Assembly: GCF_000299355.1 (NCBI RefSeq)
Contig: NC_018664.1
Location: forward strand, 2,991,993-3,023,992
DNA: 32,000 bases
Direction: 5' to 3'
From: Gottschalkia acidurici 9a
Lineage (GTDB): Bacteria; Bacillota; Clostridia; Tissierellales; Gottschalkiaceae
Below the pieces are notes generated by a model, which saw only the letters and a program-made list of their open reading frames with translations, was not told the DNA's origin and did not search any database. This document shows positions 25,419 to 32,000 of the stretch, piece by piece. The position numbers and the translations under genes are program-made. The first letter of the stretch is position 1, and the number at the start of each line of letters is the position of its first letter.

Positions 25419-25533
25419 CCAGCAACGTCTTACTCTCCCAGGCAGTCTCCCGCCAAGTACCATCAGCGCTGAAGGGCTTAACTTCTGTGTTCGGTATGGG
25501 AACAGGTGTGACCCCTTCGCTATCGTCACTGGA
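25419..25533 (-). rRNA. rrf: 5S rRNA, 23S-proximal copy
   Basis: About 115 nt, with 6 differences from the distal copy. Ends approximate. Confidence 0.9.
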
Positions 25534-25602
25534 TTTCTTTGCTTTTTTAAAGATGTTTTGCACCTTCAAAACTACACAGCGATTAGATTATTCTTTAATA
25601 TA

Positions 25603-28538
<2,936 letters not shown>

Positions 28539-28706
28539 AGTTAGTAAGTAAATATCAAATAAGTTTGACATTCACTACTCAATTTATTATTGAGATTTAA
28601 TTTTCCTTAATATATTAATATATCTCGGTTAATTGTATTTTAATCTATTTCGCTGTGTAGTTTTCAAGGTACAAATGAAATTACGACAACATCTTATAGG
28701 TTTTTA

Positions 28707-28782
28707 TGGTGGAGATGAGGAGATTCGAACTCCTGACCCCCTGCTTGCAAGGCAGGTGCTCTCCCAACTGAGCTACACCCCC
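28707..28782 (-). tRNA. tRNA-Ala (UGC) in the 16S-23S spacer
   Basis: 76 nt. Sense GGGGGTGTAGCTCAGTTGGGAGAGC..CCTGC-CTTGCAA-GCAGG (G3-U70 present). CCA encoded. Confidence 0.9.
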
Positions 28783-28874
28783 GCATACCTAAAGTCGTCT
28801 CTGAAATCTAAGATTTCTTCGTAACTTCTATTTCTGAGAGTTTTGGTCTCTCAAAATTAAACAGTAAAAAGCGT

Positions 28875-30408
<1,534 letters not shown>

Positions 30409-30531
30409 AAAAGTTTTCTGTCTCAGCTTCTGCTGACTGCTCTATTTGATGTTGAGCTTCATTTGTTATTAATTCTAGGAATTAACTTGCTTTTTACTGT
30501 TTAATTTTCAAAGACCAAAGTCTGCTTTATT

Positions 30532-30580
30532 ATTCTAACATTCTTTTAAGTTCTTGTCAAGAAGTTTTTTAAACTTTTTT
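30532..30580 (-). promoter_or_regulatory. rRNA operon promoter (proximal), with UP element
   Basis: Minus-sense aaaaaagtttaaaaaacttc-TTGACA (30560-30555), 17-nt spacer, TAGAAT (30537-30532). Confidence 0.7.
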
Positions 30581-30626
30581 ATCACTTCTTGTTTTTATTT
30601 GTCGCTTTCTTGTGGCGACTCTTATT

Positions 30627-30680
30627 ACTTTACCAGATTTCTTTTTCTTTGTCAACACTTTTTTCAAACTTTTTTATTTA
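30627..30680 (-). promoter_or_regulatory. rRNA operon promoter (middle), with UP element
   Basis: Minus-sense aaaaaagtttgaaaaaagtg-TTGACA (30655-30650), 17-nt spacer, TAAAGT (30632-30627). Followed by the GTCGC-N9-GCGAC hairpin. Confidence 0.6.
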
Positions 30681-30749
30681 TCTTTTAAGTTCCATTAAGT
30701 ATCTCTAAGAAAGTTCTATTGTTCGCCATCTCTCGTGGCGGCTTTTACT

Positions 30750-30803
30750 ACTTTATCAAATCTCACCTATCATGTCAATACTTTTTCTAAATTTTTATCC
30801 ATA
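30750..30803 (-). promoter_or_regulatory. rRNA operon promoter (distal), paralogous to the middle one
   Basis: Minus-sense aaaaatttagaaaaagta-TTGACA (30778-30773), 17-nt spacer, TAAAGT (30755-30750). The downstream gccgccacgagagatggcgaac resembles the middle promoter's gtcgccacaagaaagcgac. Confidence 0.6.
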
Positions 30804-30834
30804 TTATTTATCAAGTCTTAATCTTTATTAAAGT

Positions 30835-30880
30835 AAGAAGTTATGAGAATAGGTCTTTATCCCTACTCTCATAACTTCTT
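30835..30880 (-). terminator. Hairpin downstream of the TcaA-like gene (weak U-tract)
   Basis: aagaagttatgaga-N18-tctcataacttctt. The minus-sense tail is actttaataa. Confidence 0.45.
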
Positions 30881-30993
30881 TATATTCCTAAACATTATCC
30901 TATTACTTTTATCTTAATTAAGAATTTTTTATTTTTCTATTAGCATTTTCATTTGATAACTAAATGCTTATAATTAAATATGCTTATGGTAAC

Positions 30994-32000
30994 CTACTTA
31001 AGGTTAGTTAAATAATATTTATCGCCAACTTTCTGAACGTCATATTGCCATGTATGTTTAACAATATTTTCACCGCCATCAGCTTTATACACTTTGTGAC
31101 TTTCAGACACCGTAAGGTAATATTTAGCGTTATCAATTTTTTGTACTTTTATAAGTTCATGGCTTATATAGTCTTCCTTTATTCCTTGTTCATTTAAATT
31201 CTTTATGAGTTTAAGCTGGGCATTGTATAGATTACTTCCCTTTAGTATATAAGGTGATGCATAGCTAAAATCATTATAATTTATAGCATTTACTAACCCA
31301 ACTTCATAGTTGTATACTAATTCATTCAATGTTTCTTCAATTGAGTTTTCTTTGTCTTCTAAATTTAATTTGTAGCTTGTACTATGATTTACTACTTTCT
31401 CATCACTTTCTATTATCCCGTTCTCTGCTGTTGCTTTACTCTGTATGGTTATGGATCCATCTAAAGGAATTGGGCCAAAGTTATGAATATCTTTTACTAG
31501 TAATCCTGTATCTTTGCCATTTACGTACAGTTTAGCATCATCTCTATTAGAATATATATCTATATATCCAATATTTAAATCTAGTGAAACTTCAATAGTA
31601 TCTTCTACTTCATTCCATATCTTTATCTTTTCAGTTATCTCTGACTTTCCGTATTTACCGCTATATTCTACCTTTACATTATACTCTCCTGGAATTATAT
31701 TTTTATAGTGTAACTTACCCTCATCATTAGTTTCTCCTATGGCCTTATTATCTAAGTAAACTTTTGAGTTAGGTGCATTCGTAGTTAGTACTAGATTGAT
31801 TGTGTTTACATTTATAACAAATTTATCATATAAAAGCTTTTCTTTTCCGTCTTTTGATATAAACACGTTATAGCTATCATCTACTTCTTTATCAAATATT
31901 CTTATATCCATACTGCCCATGTTATTTAGTAGATTAGTTATCTTTTTTACATCTTCGTCTATTAGATGTGTCTTTCCTTTAACCTTAATGTATTTACCTA
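30994..32000 (-). CDS. TcaA/YvbJ-like envelope protein, C-terminal part (N-terminus beyond the window end)
   Basis: The frame stays open upstream of the track's Met 31920 through to position 32000 (..GKYIKVKGKTHLIDEDVKKITNLLNNMGSMDIR..). Two PEGA-like beta segments (VYLDNKAIGETNDEGKLHYKNIIPGEYNVKV and KLYVNGKDTGLLV), then an NTF2-like tail (YYLTVSESHKVYKADGGENIVKHTWQYDVQKVGDKYYLTNL). Family assignment is from memory. Confidence 0.45.
   Translation of the reverse strand, partial: GKYIKVKGKTHLIDEDVKKITNLLNNMGSMDIRIFDKEVDDSYNVFISKDGKEKLLYDKFVINVNTINLVLTTNAPNSKVYLDNKAIGETNDEGKLHYKNIIPGEYNVKVEYSGKYGKSEITEKIKIWNEVEDTIEVSLDLNIGYIDIYSNRDDAKLYVNGKDTGLLVKDIHNFGPIPLDGSITIQSKATAENGIIESDEKVVNHSTSYKLNLEDKENSIEETLNELVYNYEVGLVNAINYNDFSYASPYILKGSNLYNAQLKLIKNLNEQGIKEDYISHELIKVQKIDNAKYYLTVSESHKVYKADGGENIVKHTWQYDVQKVGDKYYLTNLK

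Noticed and set aside
30540-30800. Repeated blocks upstream of the 16S gene considered as a possible CRISPR-like or tandem-repeat array.
   Set aside because: There are only three imperfect copies with unequal spacing (95 and 123 bp). Each copy is organised as UP element, TTGACA, 17 nt, -10. They are tandem promoters, not repeat-spacer units.
30795-30803. An isolated DnaA-box-like TTATCCAtA upstream of the rRNA promoters, and TTATCAA-type partial matches near 22985 and 23035.
   Set aside because: Single near-matches are expected by chance in DNA with about 28% GC. Only the five-box, same-orientation cluster at 9480-9584 seemed worth reporting.

Overview
Low-GC (roughly 27-30% outside the rRNA genes) Firmicutes chromosome segment. 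Gene content and the 16S sequence look Clostridia/Tissierellia-like; I cannot assign a species without a database search. About 90% of the window is core housekeeping DNA of the origin-proximal type. (a) The conserved block rpsF-ssb-rpsR / MazG-like / yybS-like / gdpP / rplI / dnaB (replicative helicase). (b) A dnaB(Bs)-like DnaD-domain gene translationally coupled to a dnaI-type helicase loader. (c) ddh, hisC, an M23/LysM peptidase, MscS, DUF951, and a YedF + DUF3343 selenium-associated pair. (d) A 5-tRNA operon. (e) One long minus-strand stable-RNA operon: three tandem promoters, 16S, tRNA-Ala, 23S, 5S, tRNA-Asn, tRNA-Leu, a second 5S, 11 more tRNAs, terminator. Almost everything from 7.7 kb onward is on the minus strand, consistent with co-orientation with replication. 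The only clearly accessory DNA is at the left end. A 535-aa large serine recombinase ends 21 nt before a start-less, 5'-truncated subtilisin-like (S8) protease gene that keeps the oxyanion Asn and catalytic Ser but lacks the Asp and His motifs. This is the signature of a gene-splitting integrative element (skin/SPbeta/A118 type) whose body runs off the left edge of the window. The second notable observation is that rplI (ribosomal protein L9) is split between the 0 and -1 frames exactly at an in-phase A_AAA_AAG heptamer. That is either a homopolymer sequencing error, a real frameshift allele, or a recoding site. Smaller observations: a one-orientation cluster of DnaA-box-like 9-mers next to the tRNA promoter; a possible small RNA in the unusually long rplI-dnaB spacer; an orphan XRE regulator whose palindromic operators overlap a near-consensus divergent promoter that leads into non-coding DNA; and two covarying 5S genes in one operon. 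No CRISPR array, IS element or recognisable defence system was seen.
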